A stretch of 64,000 nt of DNA from Octopus sinensis (GCF_006345805.1 NC_042998.1:26350001-26414000); one strand, 5' to 3'. Numbered from the stretch's first letter, positions 1-12,900 are shown. The notes: generated from the sequence alone by a model not told the origin. Numbers and translations are program-made.

Positions 1-145
1 TGTGGATATATATATATTGTGTGTATATATATATATGTGTGTATATATATGTGTGTGTATATATATATATGTGTGTATATATATATGTGTGTATATATAT
101 ATATGTGTGTATATATATATATGTGTGTATACATATATGTGTGTG

Positions 146-198
<53 letters not shown>

Positions 199-222
199 TA
201 TATATATATATATGTTTATATC
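1..222. repeat. Compound (TA)n/(TG)n/(CA)n microsatellite
   Basis: Direct reading; explains the YI/CV/HT ORFs at 2-274. Confidence 0.95.
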
Positions 223-488
223 TTTTTGTATACACTCATGTGTTGTTGAAGCAGAGCTTTTCCTGATGTTCTGAGGAGTTTATGAATACATTTGCATGTA
301 TAAGCATATCAAGTGCAACTAAAAATATCTGACTCAATCAAATACTCAGAACTCACTCTTTTCACATTTTTTACCTCTGCTTTATCCATCTCTTTCCTGC
401 ATCCTTTCCAATTGCTTATTTCTAGTCTACATCAATTCAACATATAAACGTTTGTGTGTGTGTGTGTACATGTACATTTTTCTCATTT

Positions 489-711
489 CTCTCTTTTACT
501 TGTTTCAGTCATTTGACTGCAGCCATGCTGGAGCACTACCTTTTAGTCGAGCAAATCAACCCCAAGACTTATTCTTTGTAAGCTTAGTACTTATTTTATC
601 AGTCTCTTTTGTCGAACCACTAAGTTACGGTGAGGTAAACACACCACCGTTATTAAGCGATGTTGAGGGGGACAAACACAGACACACAAACATATGTACA
701 CACATACATAC

Positions 712-775
<64 letters not shown>

Positions 776-941
776 GTATACACGGGCTTCTTTCTGTTTC
801 CGTCTACCAAATCCACTCACAAGGCTTTGGTCGGCCCGAGGCTATAGTAGAAGACACTTGCCTAAGGTGCCACACAGTGGGACTGAACCCAGAACCATGT
901 GATTGGTAAGCAAGCTACTTACCACACAGCCACTCCTGCGC
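489..941 (-). mobile_element. SINE-A, tRNA-derived SINE with central microsatellite
   Basis: Reverse complement of the family consensus: head GGAGTGGCTGTGTGGTAAG (A-box-like), GGTTCAGTCCC (B-box-like), body CTTGGGCAAGTGTCTTCTACTATAGC, (TA/TG)n, tail CAGTCAAATGACTGAAACAAGTAAAAGAG. Confidence 0.9.
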
Positions 942-1424
942 ATACATGCACACATTTTTACATGCATATAACTATACATATGTATACATACATACAAGGT
1001 CAACTATCTCACAGCAAATCTACGATGAAAGTATTTCACCCATAATGCATCCAGTGCTAGATAGTGTCCTCTTTTTAACATAGTAGGTTGTTATCAGAGG
1101 GTTATTTGGCTACTGTTTCTTACAAGTCAAATGAGTACAAAGAGGTTCTCTCATTGGCTTGTCTCTATAGTTGTCATTTATTTTGTGAGATTTCACAAAA
1201 GACTCAATACATTTCTTTTCATTTCTTTATTCTTAATTCCCACATCCACCACCATAATCAAATAACAAAGTACATAGCTACAATTATATATGTAAATACC
1301 ATGTTGAGGAAAAAGTTTGTGTGCCATGTTAAAATAATGAACTGAATGAACACACACACATACCACAAAAATATATAAATTAGCATTATTTTAACATTGT
1401 GCACAAACCTTTTCCTCAACCTAA

Positions 1425-1950
1425 TCATCATCATTATCATTGTTTAACGTCCATTTTCCATGCTAGCATGGGTTGGACATTTCGACCGGGGTCTGGGAAG
1501 CCAGGAGACTGCACCAGGCTCCAGTCTGATCTGGCAGTGTTTCTACACCTGGATGCCCTTCCTAATGCCAACCACTCCGTGAGTGTAGTGGGTGCTTTTT
1601 ACATGCCACCGACACAGGAGCCAGAGGAGTCTGGCAAATGGCCACAATCGGTCGGTGCTTTTACGTGCCACCGACACGGATGCCAGTCAGTTGGCACTGG
1701 CATCTGTCACGTTTGGATGGTGCTTTTAACGTGTCACCAGCATGAGTATCTTAACTACAATTTCAATTTGTTTTTCATTTTGATGTTGGTGTTAACGTAC
1801 TTGACTCAATAGGTCATCACAAGAACAACGGGTCACTTTACGATCCAAGGTTAGCACAGCAGGCCGTCCTGCGAACCATGAACTCACTTCATCTGTCGGG
1901 TCTTCAGTCACGGCATATCTCAGAGGTCTCGGTCTTCATCATTTCCTCTG
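1425..1950 (-). mobile_element. 5'-truncated RTE-superfamily LINE 3' end (family C) including ORF2 terminus
   Basis: (CAT)n tail, GGAAGGGCATCCAG motif; 1880-1950 matches the ORF2 end at 25560-25650. Confidence 0.85.
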
Positions 1951-2369
1951 TGAGGCCCTAATATAAATATATATCCTTAATTTCAAATTCTGATTCCAAA
2001 TCCGATCAAATATTACAATGAAATGATTATCTTCCTTGTAATAACTACACCCATTAGAGAAGGAGATACACATATATATAATGAATAGATAGATTGTGCA
2101 GGAAACATATAATACAATTTTGGGAGACGATCTTATGATATATTTCATTTGATATCTGATAAGAAATAGGAATATCTGAGAAGTAATTTTTTTAATTTAT
2201 TAATTGTAATAAATCTTATAAAAAGCTTAATACATAATGTTTCATGTAACATATTTTCTAAATATACCCTACAACTGAAAAACAAATATATTAGTCACAC
2301 ACACAAAATCATACAAATATATGTATATACATTACATACATACATATATATGTGTGTGTGTGTGTGTGT

Positions 2370-2545
2370 GTCAGTGCTAGTGCCATCTAAAAAGCATCCA
2401 ATCCACACTGTAAAGTTGTTGGCATTTGGAAGGGTATCTGGCTGTAAAAATCCTGCCAAAACAGACACAGTAGCCTAGGGTAGTTTTCTACCACCTGGCC
2501 GGCTCCTGTCACCCATCCTACCCATGTATATAATATACATGCACA
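2370..2545 (+). mobile_element. Diverged family C tail
   Basis: AAAAAGCATCCAATCCACACTGTAAAG...GGAAGGGTATCTGGCTGTAAAA resembles family C. Confidence 0.6.
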
Positions 2546-2575
2546 TGTAAAAAGATTTGTGTGTGTGTACATATA

Positions 2576-2979
2576 CTCTTTTACTCTTTTACTTGTTTCA
2601 GTCATTTGACTGCGGCCATGCTGGAGTACCGCCTTTAGTCGAGCAACTCGACCCCGTGACTTATTCTTTGTAAGCCCAGTACTTATTCTATCGGTCTCTT
2701 TTGCCGAACCGCTAAGTGACGGGGACATAAACACACCAGCATCGGTTGTCAAGCAATGCTAGGGGCACAAACACAGACACACAAACATACACGCACACAT
2801 ATATATATACATATATACGACGGGCTTCTTTCAGTTTCCGTCTACCAAATCCACTCACAAGGCATTGATCGGCCCGAGGCTACAGTAGAAGACACTTGCC
2901 CAAGGTGCCACGCAGTAGGACTGAACCCGGAACCATGTGGTTGGTAAGCAAGCTACTTACGACACAGCCACTCTTGTGC

Positions 2980-2982
<3 letters not shown>
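2576..2982 (-). mobile_element. SINE-A, full length
   Basis: Full match to family consensus. Confidence 0.9.
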
Positions 2983-3011
<29 letters not shown>

Positions 3012-3987
3012 GTGAGTGTCTGTATACACGTGTGTGTGTGTTGGAAAGTATCAGTGTTATAGTTGTTGTTCCTGTTTGTTTTAAACCCAAGGCCTACCCA
3101 AATGGAGCAGACCCATGATCAAATATAATCCAACCATGAACACAATGTATTTCTTGGAGTATGAATAGAACTGTATTATTTGATGTGTCCTTCCTTCTTT
3201 GATGTGATTTCAATGAGATTTGGTTTATAATTTAAGTAGTCGGTTATACTGGGCAACTACAACGTGGCTCCCCATTGGTTCATTTTAGAGGATAATTATA
3301 ATTAGTGCTTAGAAAGAAGCTAATGTCAGCCTTAATATACAGGCTTCTATGACAGAGAAATATGTTCAGATCAATGGTTTTATTTACTTGCAAAAATAAA
3401 ACGATTTTGTTTCTCTGTTTCATGTCTATTTTTAAAATGTGATACAGTAGATCAGTGAAATATAAGGCGAAAATAAAGATGGTGCATGGTGTGAATTTAA
3501 TATATATGTAATATGTGTTTGTGAGTTGTGATGTTGTAGAGCTATGAAATATAGGCAGGAAATAAAAACAATGTGTGAAGTTGATATTATATAGTTAGAT
3601 TTTATGAGGTGTATGAAATATCATATTGTAGAGCAGTATAATATTGGCATGGGAGGTGGGGGTGCATTTTGATGTATGTCTAAGATGTGTGATACTGTCA
3701 AGACGTGTAATATTGATAGGAAAAAGGATTATATAGTCAGATTAGATGATGTAGATTTAAGATGGGTGATGCTATAGAGCAATACATAATATGGATACTG
3801 AATATTGAATACAGAGAGTGTATAATGGAAAGTCAATATTATTTAGTTAATGGAAACAATAAGCATATAAGCAATCATGTTGAGATCCCAACAAGGAGAC
3901 TTAGGTAATCAAGATATTCTATTTGTTAGATATTTTCATTTAACAAACTCCATAGCAACGAATGATTGAAGACAGAGTACTTTTGGG

Positions 3988-4094
3988 ATGTCAGATAAGA
4001 ACCATCACCAGAGAGACATAAATAGTTATACGGGGAGTCAAGCAAGTAGCGATAAACAAGGTGACAAAGATTTGAAGTGGCTGGAAGAAGTCCA
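3988..4094 (+). CDS. Candidate first coding exon (MSDKNHHQRDINSYTGSQASSDKQGDKDLKWLEEV), no homolog recognised
   Basis: Acceptor tattctatttgttAG at 3928-3929, upstream in-frame TGA, ATG at 3988, possible donor GTAAAT at 4095; non-repetitive sequence. Could be chance. Confidence 0.2.
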
Positions 4095-4505
4095 GTAAAT
4101 GCTTTCTCTGTTGGCAGCAATCAGATTATCTTCTTATGCGAAAGGCAGACTATATGATTCATGAGTTGGAAATGCAATGCTATATTCTAATAAAGCTTTT
4201 ATATTTCCCTCTGCTGCCATCAAAAAATACAAATTATGCAAATGAACACATCCATTATTGATTGATGGCTTTTTCCCTTTCATTAATAGAAAATAATATC
4301 ATATTCATAGATAAACTATTCCACGTAGATGCTTATTCTTCTTGTGTATCAATACTAACTAGAGGTATCTTTTATATACATACCGATGTCTCCAGTATAT
4401 TGCTGGTACTAAAATGAAAACCAATGACTTTACAAATCCAAAGCAACGTAGTCCTAATGAAGCCCTGTTTTGTTACCATTCATTTCTTTATTTATACATG
4501 GTTAA

Positions 4506-4722
4506 AGGTGGCAAGCTGGTAGAAACGTTAGCACGCCAGACGAAATGCTTAGTGGTATTTCGTCTGCCGCTATGATCTGAGTTCAAATTCCGCCGAGGTC
4601 GACTTTGCCTATCATCCTTTCGGGGTCAATAAATCAAGTGCCAGTTGCATACTGGAGTCGACCTTATCGAATAGGCCCCCTCCCTACAAATTCCGGGCCT
4701 TGTGCCTAGAGTAGCAAAGAAT
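4506..4722 (+). mobile_element. SINE-B
   Basis: GGCAAGCTGGTAGAAACGTTAGCACGCC...GAGTTCAAATTCCGCCGAGGTCGACTTTGCC...GGCCTTGTGCCTAGAGTAG. Confidence 0.85.
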
Positions 4723-5836
4723 ATTTATACATGGTTATTGATATATATTTTCTAGTTTTCATTAATTCTTTTTCTGGCATTTAAAAATGCCAAATTTGCA
4801 GCACAAAATCATACTGACATCATATGAAGACAATCAAATTAGAGAAGAAGGGAAGGAAAAAAAAAGAAACACAGTTGAGGAAACTAAATATTATTTACAT
4901 GTTCATGGAGGCATTCTAAGACATATCGTTTTTTTTATGTAACACAAGTTAACTTTTATTATCTTGCTCCATTTATTTTTTACAGATGTTTAGAGTACTT
5001 TATGTCTATTTATTTCGTACACTGATAGTTGTAAAAAAAAAAATAAAAAATAACTACAAGCTGTTCAGAATATCAGAAAGAACAGAGTATAAGTGTATGA
5101 ATGAGGAAAGAGACAGACAGACAGACAGCCTGGCTGAAACAGCAAGAAAGACAGACAGAAAAAGCCAAGGGAAAAACAGACAAAAAGAGTCCAAAATTTT
5201 GGGTGTGTGAGATCCCTACATTTAATATCTTAGAATTACTTATTTGCAAGCATTTACCATAAATAATTTAGAAAATAATGAATGTTTCTATTTCAGTAAA
5301 GTATGTTTGAAATTATATTTTATTCTTCCTTCTGTTTTATTTTTTTGCTACTTTACTCTATTTTTTCCTCCAGTCAATAGAATTTCAGAAAATATTTCAG
5401 AAAATACTCTTGGTTAGCATATAAAATTACTTTCCCCACCTCCAGTACCTAACTAAATTTCAATTCTTCACTTATTTAATCAAATTTTATTAAAATTTTG
5501 CACAAATGTTTTTAACAATAGCTTGTATAATATTTTATGAAGGATAAAAATAATAAAATCATCTTTAAATATTAAAAAAAAATAATAAAACTCAATCAAT
5601 AACTTCCACATTGTCATAAAGTTGCTCCATATTGTTCTAAGAGATTTATGCTTTTTTAAGTCTGACATTACTCAAAGAAATAAAATGAATCTAAAGCTCT
5701 TTTTCCCATCTTTTATTCAGATATTTATTTGTTGTTATGACAAGGAAGCATTTAAACTTAACCATCTTCCAAATTATGAAAAAATTAATCTCACTACATA
5801 CATACATATATGTATTTATGTAAGTATACAAATATG

Positions 5837-5890
<54 letters not shown>

Positions 5891-6364
5891 CTTTCATATA
5901 CATACATATATATATATATTCCATGGAAATTCAAAAAAATCTCTATTGCTTCAACCTATTTGCACAATATTTAGATTCCAGGTTAGTAAAATTTAATACA
6001 GTAATTTGTTGCACAAATGAAATTTTGTTGTAAAAAAAAAATAGCTTCAAGTTGAGTAGTTAAAAAAAAAATTAACTATAAGTTTACACAAAAGATATAC
6101 ATTTATCATCATCATCATCAGTAACAGCATCAGCAACATTGCAATGGGCTACACTGGTATACTACTTCATTTCTAAAGCCCAGCAAAGTGAGATCTGACC
6201 TCACTGAACTTAGCATTTAATGCTTTTTTTCTGACGCCCAAATCCAATAGTCTCATGTCTTGCTACCACTCATTACTTCTCACACTTTATAAACTGTGCA
6301 CAATTTTACAGAATTCTCTCTCCTAAGAACTGCTTTGGCAAAGAAGCCCATCATATATATATAT

Positions 6365-6593
6365 AAGGCGAGCTGGCAGAAATGTTAGCATGCCGGACGA
6401 AATTCGTAGCCGTATTTTGTCTGTCGTTACGTTCTGAGTTCAAATTGCGCCGAGGTCAACTTTGCCTTTCATCCTTTCGGGGTCGATAAATTAAGTACCA
6501 GTTACGCACTGGGGTCGATGTAATCGACTTAATCCCTTTGTCTGTCCTTGTTTGTCCCTTCTGTGTTTAGCCCCTTGTGGGTAGTAAAGAAAT
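6365..6593 (+). mobile_element. SINE-B
   Basis: Family match; tail TAGCCCCTTGTGGGTAGTAAAGAAATA. Confidence 0.9.
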
Positions 6594-6610
6594 ATATATA
6601 TATATATATA

Positions 6611-6812
6611 TAGGCGCAGGAGTGGCTGTGTTGTAAGTAGCTTGCTTACCAACCACATGGTTCCAGGTTCAGTCCCACAGCGTAGCATCTTGGTCAAGTG
6701 TCTTCTACTATAGCCTCGGGCCAACCAAAGCCTTGTGAATGGATTTGGTAGACGGAAACTGAAAGAAGCCCGTCGTATATATGTATGTGTGTGTGTTTGT
6801 CCCTCACCATCT
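6611..6812 (+). mobile_element. SINE-A 5' half
   Basis: Head and body up to the microsatellite. Confidence 0.85.
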
Positions 6813-7059
6813 AACACTTCTAACCCTAGGATTCACTTTCCATGTGTTTTGCTCCCAGTCACTGATGTTCAAAAGTATAAACTGATAACTGTGTCGTAGC
6901 CTTGACAAGCTATCACAGTACCTTCATCAAGGACTATTTGGAAAGAAATAGAATTACTGGTCCACCTTCTTACAGTTAGGTACATGCCTGATATATAGGT
7001 GCTGGCGTTGCTATGTAGACAGGTGAAAGCATGGCTGTCTGGTAAGAAGCGGCAATCTG

Positions 7060-7278
7060 GCAGAATCATTGACACGCCGGGTGAAATGCTTAGCGGCATT
7101 TCGTCTGCCGTTACATTCTGAGTTCAAATTCCACCGAGGTCGACTTTGCCTTTCATCCTTTCGGAGTCAATAAATTAAGTATCAGTTACACACAGGGGTC
7201 AATATAATCGACTTAATCCATTTGTCTGTCTTTGTTTGTCCCCTCTGTGTGTAGCCCTTTGTGGACAGTAAAGAAATA
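7060..7278 (+). mobile_element. SINE-B
   Basis: Family match. Confidence 0.85.
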
Positions 7279-7279
7279 A

Positions 7280-7550
7280 GAAGCTTGCTTCCGAACCACA
7301 TGGTTCCAAGTTCAGTTCCACTGCTTGGCACCTTGATCAAGTGCCTTCTACTATATCCTCAGGCCAGCCAAAATCTTGTGATTGGATTTAGTAGAGGGAA
7401 ACAGAAAGAAGCCCGCTGTGTGTCTATAATATATCTTTGTGTCTATGTTTGTCCCGTCTACATTCCTGTAACTTAACAGTTTGACAAAAGAGATTGATAG
7501 AATAAGTAGCAGGCTTTATAAAATGTACCGGGGTTGATTCATTTGACTAA
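7280..7550 (+). mobile_element. Diverged SINE-A abutting the SINE-B tail
   Basis: AGCTTGCTTCCGAACCACATGGTTCC...GAAAGAAGCCCG...GATAGAATAAGTA. Confidence 0.7.
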
Positions 7551-7994
7551 ACACACGCACATATACATTTATACACACATATTCATACACACACATATTC
7601 ACTCGCACTTACACAGACACACATACACAAAAATACATAATGCACTTTCTTACTTTTGTGTGTGTGTCTGTGTGCATGCATGCATGTGTGTGGGTGGATG
7701 TGTGCATATCTGTGGGTGGGTGTATGTGTACATGTGTGTGTATGTGTGTGTGCATGCGTGTGTGTATGTATGTGTGCGTGTGTGTGTGTGTTTCATTCTA
7801 CTTGATCAGTATGATGCTTGGTTATGTTCCGCAGCTTTGCAGCTCAGTATGCAAAGACAAGCAGAATGAAGTGCCTCTTATTTCAAAACAGGTTAGGATT
7901 AGCATAAGAAATGGTATCTGACCATAGAAAATTGCTCAAAAAAGTCTCATCCGACCAATGCCAGAATGGAAAAAGCACATGCATAAAATGATGA

Positions 7995-8360
7995 TAATCA
8001 TCATCATCATCATCATTTAACGTCCGCTTTCCATGCTGGCATGGGTTGGACGGTTCAACTGGGGTCTGGGAAGCCAGAAGGCTGCACCAGGCCCAGTCTG
8101 ATCTGGCAGTGTTTCTACAGCTGGATGCCCTTCCTAACGCCAACCACTCTGTGAGTGTAGTGGGTGCTTTTTACGCACCACTGGCACAGGTGCCAGACGA
8201 GGCTGGCAGATGGCCACGATCAGATGGTGCTTTTTACGTGCCACCAGCACGGGGACCAGACGAAGCTGGCAACGGCCACGGTCGGATGGTGCTTTTTACA
8301 TGCCACCGGCACGGAGGCCAGTCAGGCGGCGCTGGCTAGGTAATGACAATGATGATGATT
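7995..8360 (-). mobile_element. Family C LINE tail with internal tandem units
   Basis: (CAT)n tail; three GTGCTTTTTACGTGCCACC units. Confidence 0.85.
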
Positions 8361-8732
8361 ACACACACACACATGTATGCATGCACACATGGTGACAAAC
8401 AGTACAACTTGGCTGGAATATCCACATCCAAATGAGTCATCTATCCTTTTGCCAATCTCCGTTCCATAGCCTAGGATGAAATGAGTATCAGACTATATAA
8501 AAAAGATAAGAAACCATGAAAGACCTATACTGACATTCAAAGACACTGCAAAAGGGGACATGAAATGGAAAGGAATTGATCATAATAAATGGTAAACTCA
8601 AAGGTAAAAGCCGACCGGTATGGAGAAAGCTTACCGAGTCATGCCCAAGCCACGAGCATTCATAGTTGCAGCAACTGACAGCAGATAATAATAAGTATCA
8701 GACAAATGTACTGTGATTAATATAAATAAAGT

Positions 8733-8946
8733 CAGCAAGCTGGCAGAAATGTTAGCATGCCGGGTGAAATGCTTAGTAGCATTTCGTTTGACTTTACGTT
8801 CTGAGTTCAAATTCCACTGGGGTCAACTTTGCCTTTCATCCTTTCAGGGTTGATAAGTTAAGTACTTGTTGTGTACTGGGGTTGATCTAATTGACAGCCC
8901 TACCTCCCCAAAAATTTCAGGCCTTGTGCCTAGAGTAGAAAAGAAT
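8733..8946 (+). mobile_element. SINE-B
   Basis: Family match. Confidence 0.85.
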
Positions 8947-8967
8947 ATTAATATCTTATACTTTTGA

Positions 8968-9228
8968 AGGTGGAGGCACATGGCTTAGTGGTTAGAGTGT
9001 CAGCATCATGATCGTAAGATTGTGGTTTCAATTCCTGGACCGGCCGATGCATTATGTTCTTGAGCAAAACACTTCATTTCACGTTGCTCCAGTCCACTCA
9101 GCTGGCAAAAACGAGTAACGCTGTGATGGACTGGAGTCCCGTCCAGCTGAGGAACACATACACCATTGAAACGGAAAACTGGGCCCATGAGCCTGGCTAG
9201 GCTTTAAAAGGGTGCATTTATTTTTTAT
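8968..9228 (+). mobile_element. SINE-D, tRNA-headed
   Basis: A-box TGGCTTAGTGG, B-box-like GGTTTCAATTCC, body CTTGAGCAAAACACTTCATTTCACGTTGCTCCAGTCCACTCAGCTGG. Confidence 0.75.
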
Positions 9229-10077
9229 TTTATTTTATACTTTTGAAGGCTGTGCCTAGTATGACCAGAGTCCAATGAGTAAAACAAGAAAATGGCAGAA
9301 AAAGATAATAAAAAAAATGTTTATTACATTCAAAGTCAGAAATATAAATTAATGAATTGTTTATTAATTATGTGGTTTGTCCGTGAAGAGGTTATCATGT
9401 CTTCTTAGTATGATAATCTTGAATTTTGTACAAGATTCTCCTGTTTACAGAACAAGCCATTTGATTTTCATACAGAAAATACTTTGAGAAATTGTTTCAA
9501 AAATATTACTATTAATTAAATTCCAACATCATATTTCAAATCTTCAGAAAGTACAAAACTCTTCAAAGTTTCAGAACTAAGATAATAGCTTATCAATCTT
9601 TCTCATCAAGTGCTTTGTGAAATTTTTATGTGTTTACATTAATTTCCTATAGCCTTAACCTTTACTAATCTATTTTAACAAAATTATACATAGACTATTT
9701 TAAATAACATGATAGATAAGATCGAAATTTGTGCATTGTGATAATAGTGATTAAAATTGATCTACCTACACCTGGAAGTAAATGAATTGTAATTGGATAG
9801 AACAAGAGAAGGTGAAGACAATTCCAGAAGTGTGTCATGTGGCTGAATAGACTAACATCTCATAAATAAATCTATCGCAGAAATGAAGCAGGAAACAGAC
9901 AACAAATAACTGTTTGGATTATGTATCATAGAAAAGTTTAAAATATCATACACCACCTTCGCATACGGAAATTAGAGATGTTCAAACTGTCGACACTAGT
10001 TGAGCTAGTGATGGAACATCGGATATGGTTACACAATCTGCTAGAAATAACAGTTAGTTTCCCTCAGATTGTACCTA

Positions 10078-10298
10078 TTTCTTTACTACCCACATGGGGC
10101 TAAACACAGAGGGGACAAACAAACGGATTAAGTCGATTACATCAACCCCAGTGTATAACTGGTACTTAATTTATCGACCCCGAAAGGATGAAAGGCAAAG
10201 TCGGCCTTGGTGGTATTTGAACTCAGAACATAGCGGCAGACGAAATACTGCTAAACATTTCGCCCGGCGTGCTAACGTTTCTGCCAGCTTGCCACCTT
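10078..10298 (-). mobile_element. SINE-B
   Basis: Reverse complement family match. Confidence 0.85.
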
Positions 10299-10329
10299 AG
10301 ATTGTACCTTGCTGACGCTGGGTGATAAC

Positions 10330-10600
10330 ACTTGACTCAAAGTAGGCACCTTCAGTTTTTTACCACATCCTCAAGACAGCTCCAGAACCTGTGTCTCAGG
10401 TAAGATCATCAAACACCTCCTTGATTTGGCCACCAGCTGAGCATTGATGCTGCAGACAGAGAGGTTGCCCTCTTTCTCAACCATGCCCCACATATAGTAA
10501 TTCATGGAATTACAAATAGGAAAATTAGGAGGCCAGAAATTGGGGCTGGTGAAGTCATAGAAATTTTCCAACAACCACTTCTGACACTTTCTGGAGTTTA
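10330..10600 (-). pseudogene. Tc1/mariner transposase C-terminal remnant (maT/rosa-like)
   Basis: WLLENFYDFTSPNFWPPNFPICNSMNYYMWGMVE resembles the WPPxSPDLNPLDYxxWG motif. Confidence 0.7.
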
Positions 10601-10710
10601 GAACAGAAAGCTACAAATGTTCCCTCCTGGTTTTCCTGTCAATTTTTGTATCATCCATCTGTCCATCGTCTGTTACATTCTTGTTCCATTTTTTAAAAAT
10701 TTATATATAC

Positions 10711-11117
10711 ATAGGCGCAGGAGTGGCTGTGTGGTAAGTAGCTAGCTTACCAACCACATGGTTCCGGGTTCAGTCCTACTGCGTGGCATCTTGGGCAAGT
10801 GTCTTCTACTATAGTCTCGGGCCGACCAAAGCCTTGTGAGTGGATTTAGTAGACGGAAACTGAAAGAAGCCCATCATATATATGTATATATATATATATA
10901 TATATGCATGTGTGTGTCTGTGTTTGTCTCCCTAGCATTGCTTGACAACCGATGCTGGTGTGTTTATGTCCCCATTACTTAGCGGTTCAGCAAAAGAGAC
11001 CGATAGGATAAGTACTGGGCTTACAAAAGAATAAGTCCCGGGGTCGAGTTGCTCGATTAAAGGCGGTGCTCCAGCATGGCCACAGTCAAATGACTGAAAC
11101 AAGTAAAAGAGTAAAAG
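10711..11117 (+). mobile_element. SINE-A, full length
   Basis: Full consensus match. Confidence 0.92.
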
Positions 11118-11827
11118 ATATATAGTGGCATACATACACATTTTGCTCAGCTTGTAAGTATATATCTAAATTCTGTATGACTTCCTTCTTTCCTCTTTTC
11201 TTTTTCCCGCTCCTCCTCTCTCACATTTCTTGCCATTCTCTTTCTTTAATCTCTCTACTTTCCTCTGTTATCTCCCTTGTACCTTTCTTTCTGACCTCTC
11301 TCTTTCTGGTTCCTTCCCTAATTCTTCAATCCCTCTGTTCTTCCCACCTGATCAGTGCTCAGCCAAGCATGATCTTTCTTTCTCGGTCTGACTGCCACTC
11401 ACACAACACCTTATTTTCCTGTCTGCTGACTTTCATCTATGTTTGCTGCCTTAAGGCTTCCACTTAACATGTCAGCTTAACTTAACTTGTCCCTTTAGTC
11501 GAAAGACACCTATTGTTATTCTTGTCATTCTTGTTATTCTTGTGTAACATTTTCTCCATTTTCTCATTTTTTTTTTGTCCGTGTTGTTGTACATATTCAC
11601 TTGCTTTCTTCCAAAAATTTAATGCCCTTAGCTTTGATTTTGGGGGCCTACCAATTTTGAACAGTTTCAAATGTAACAGGCCAAACTTGTAAGGATAACT
11701 GGAAGCTTGACTGATGAATAGAAAGCCACAAATATTCCGTCCTGGTTTTCCTGTCTGTCTTTGTATCATCCATCTGTCTGTATGTTTTCATTGTTATCCG
11801 TTACGTTCTTGTTCTGTTTTTTGGCTT

Positions 11828-11876
<49 letters not shown>

Positions 11877-11899
11877 ACATTTATATATATTTATATGTA

Positions 11900-12605
11900 T
11901 ATCATCATCATCATCGTTTAATGTCCGTTTTCCATGCTAGCATGGGTTGGACGGTTTGACTGGGGTCTGGGAAGCCAGGAGGCTGCACCAGGCTCCAGTC
12001 TGATCTGGCAGTGTTTCTACAGCTGGATGCCCTTCCTAACGCCAACCACTCCGTGAGTGTAGGCATCCAGCAACAGGACCTCCGTAATGCCATGATGGAC
12101 CGTGAAGTCTGGCGTAGCATGGTAAATTCCATTGTCTCGACCACGGTCGAACAATGATGATGATGTAGTGGGTGCTTTTTACATGCCACCAGCACAGGAG
12201 CCAGAGGTGGCTGGCAACAACCACGATCAGATAATGCTTTTTACGTGCCACTGGCACAGGTATCACAAATACAATTTCCATTTGATTTTTATTTTGATGT
12301 TGATGTACTTGACTCAATAGGTCTCCTCAAGCACAGCAGGTCGCCCTATGATCCAATTTAAGCGCAGCAAGCTATTCTGCGAGCCATGAACTCACTTCAT
12401 TTGTCAGGTCTTTGCAGTCACAGCATATCTCCAGAGGTCTCGATCTTTCGTCATTGCCTCTGTGAGTCCCAATGTTCGAAGGTCATGCTTGACCACCTCA
12501 TCCCATGTCTTCCTGGATCTACCTCTACCTCCGATTCCTTCAACTGTTTTGGGAGTGGCACTTCATCACACATCTCCTCACCCATCCATAGTACATTACC
12601 ATACC
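11900..12605 (-). mobile_element. 5'-truncated family C LINE with ORF2 end and a nested insert
   Basis: Minus strand encodes GRGRSRKTWDEVVKHDLRTLGLTEAMTKDRDLWRYAV; (CAT)n tail. Confidence 0.85.
12063..12163 (+). mobile_element. Short 3' end of a second RTE LINE nested in family C
   Basis: Encodes IQQQDLRNAMMDREVWRSMVNSIVSTTVEQ*, (TGA)n tail, TGTAG duplicated at 12058-12062 and 12164-12168. Confidence 0.75.
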
Positions 12606-12639
12606 AACATGTAAACATATATGTGTGTGTCTCATCACC

Positions 12640-12900
12640 TTAATAACAACGACGGTCTCTCCCGTCGTAGACAACGTATAAGTGTTCAGCTTTTGCCAAA
12701 CGACCTGCACAAATGACTTGTCTATAGTAGTCAAATATTTGTGCTGTACATTAGCTCACTCCCTCCATCAGATTGACATTGCCTGAACGGGTGTACAATG
12801 TGCCACACATCAATTGTCAAAATGATCATACTGCAACATGAGGTGAGGGGTTTTGCTCAAGAATGCAATGCACCACTTGGTCTAAGAACTGAAATAACAA
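12640..12900 (-). mobile_element. SINE-like element, head truncated
   Basis: Minus strand TTCTTGAGCAAAAC body start shared with SINE-D; distinct tail. Confidence 0.5.

Noticed and set aside
2-274. YI/CV/HT-rich ORFs here and throughout (e.g. 54058-54784)
   Set aside because: Translations of dinucleotide microsatellites
2387-2752. Recurrent ORFs such as MTTDAGVFMSPSLSGSAKETDRISTG and RPEAIVEDTCPRCHAVGLNPEPCGW
   Set aside because: Chance frames through SINE-A, not proteins
3926-4120. Minus ORF LCHLVYRYLLDSPYNYLCLSGDG as an exon
   Set aside because: No recognisable homology and no convincing donor; overlaps the equally weak plus-strand candidate
8190-8340. Spaced direct repeats in family C resembling CRISPR
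   Set aside because: Eukaryotic LINE UTR tandem units; spacers are homologous to each other and there are no cas genes
4384-8674. Minus-strand micro-exon candidates (4384-4408 and 8635-8674; similar ones near 34.8 and 52.8 kb)
   Set aside because: Good GT/AG signals but no consistent, recognisable reading frame; expected by chance
10711-10780. tRNA genes at SINE heads
   Set aside because: A/B-box-like motifs only; no complete cloverleaf, and all continue into SINE bodies
11170-11400. Long polypyrimidine tract and hydrophobic ORF 11177-11467
   Set aside because: Low-complexity sequence
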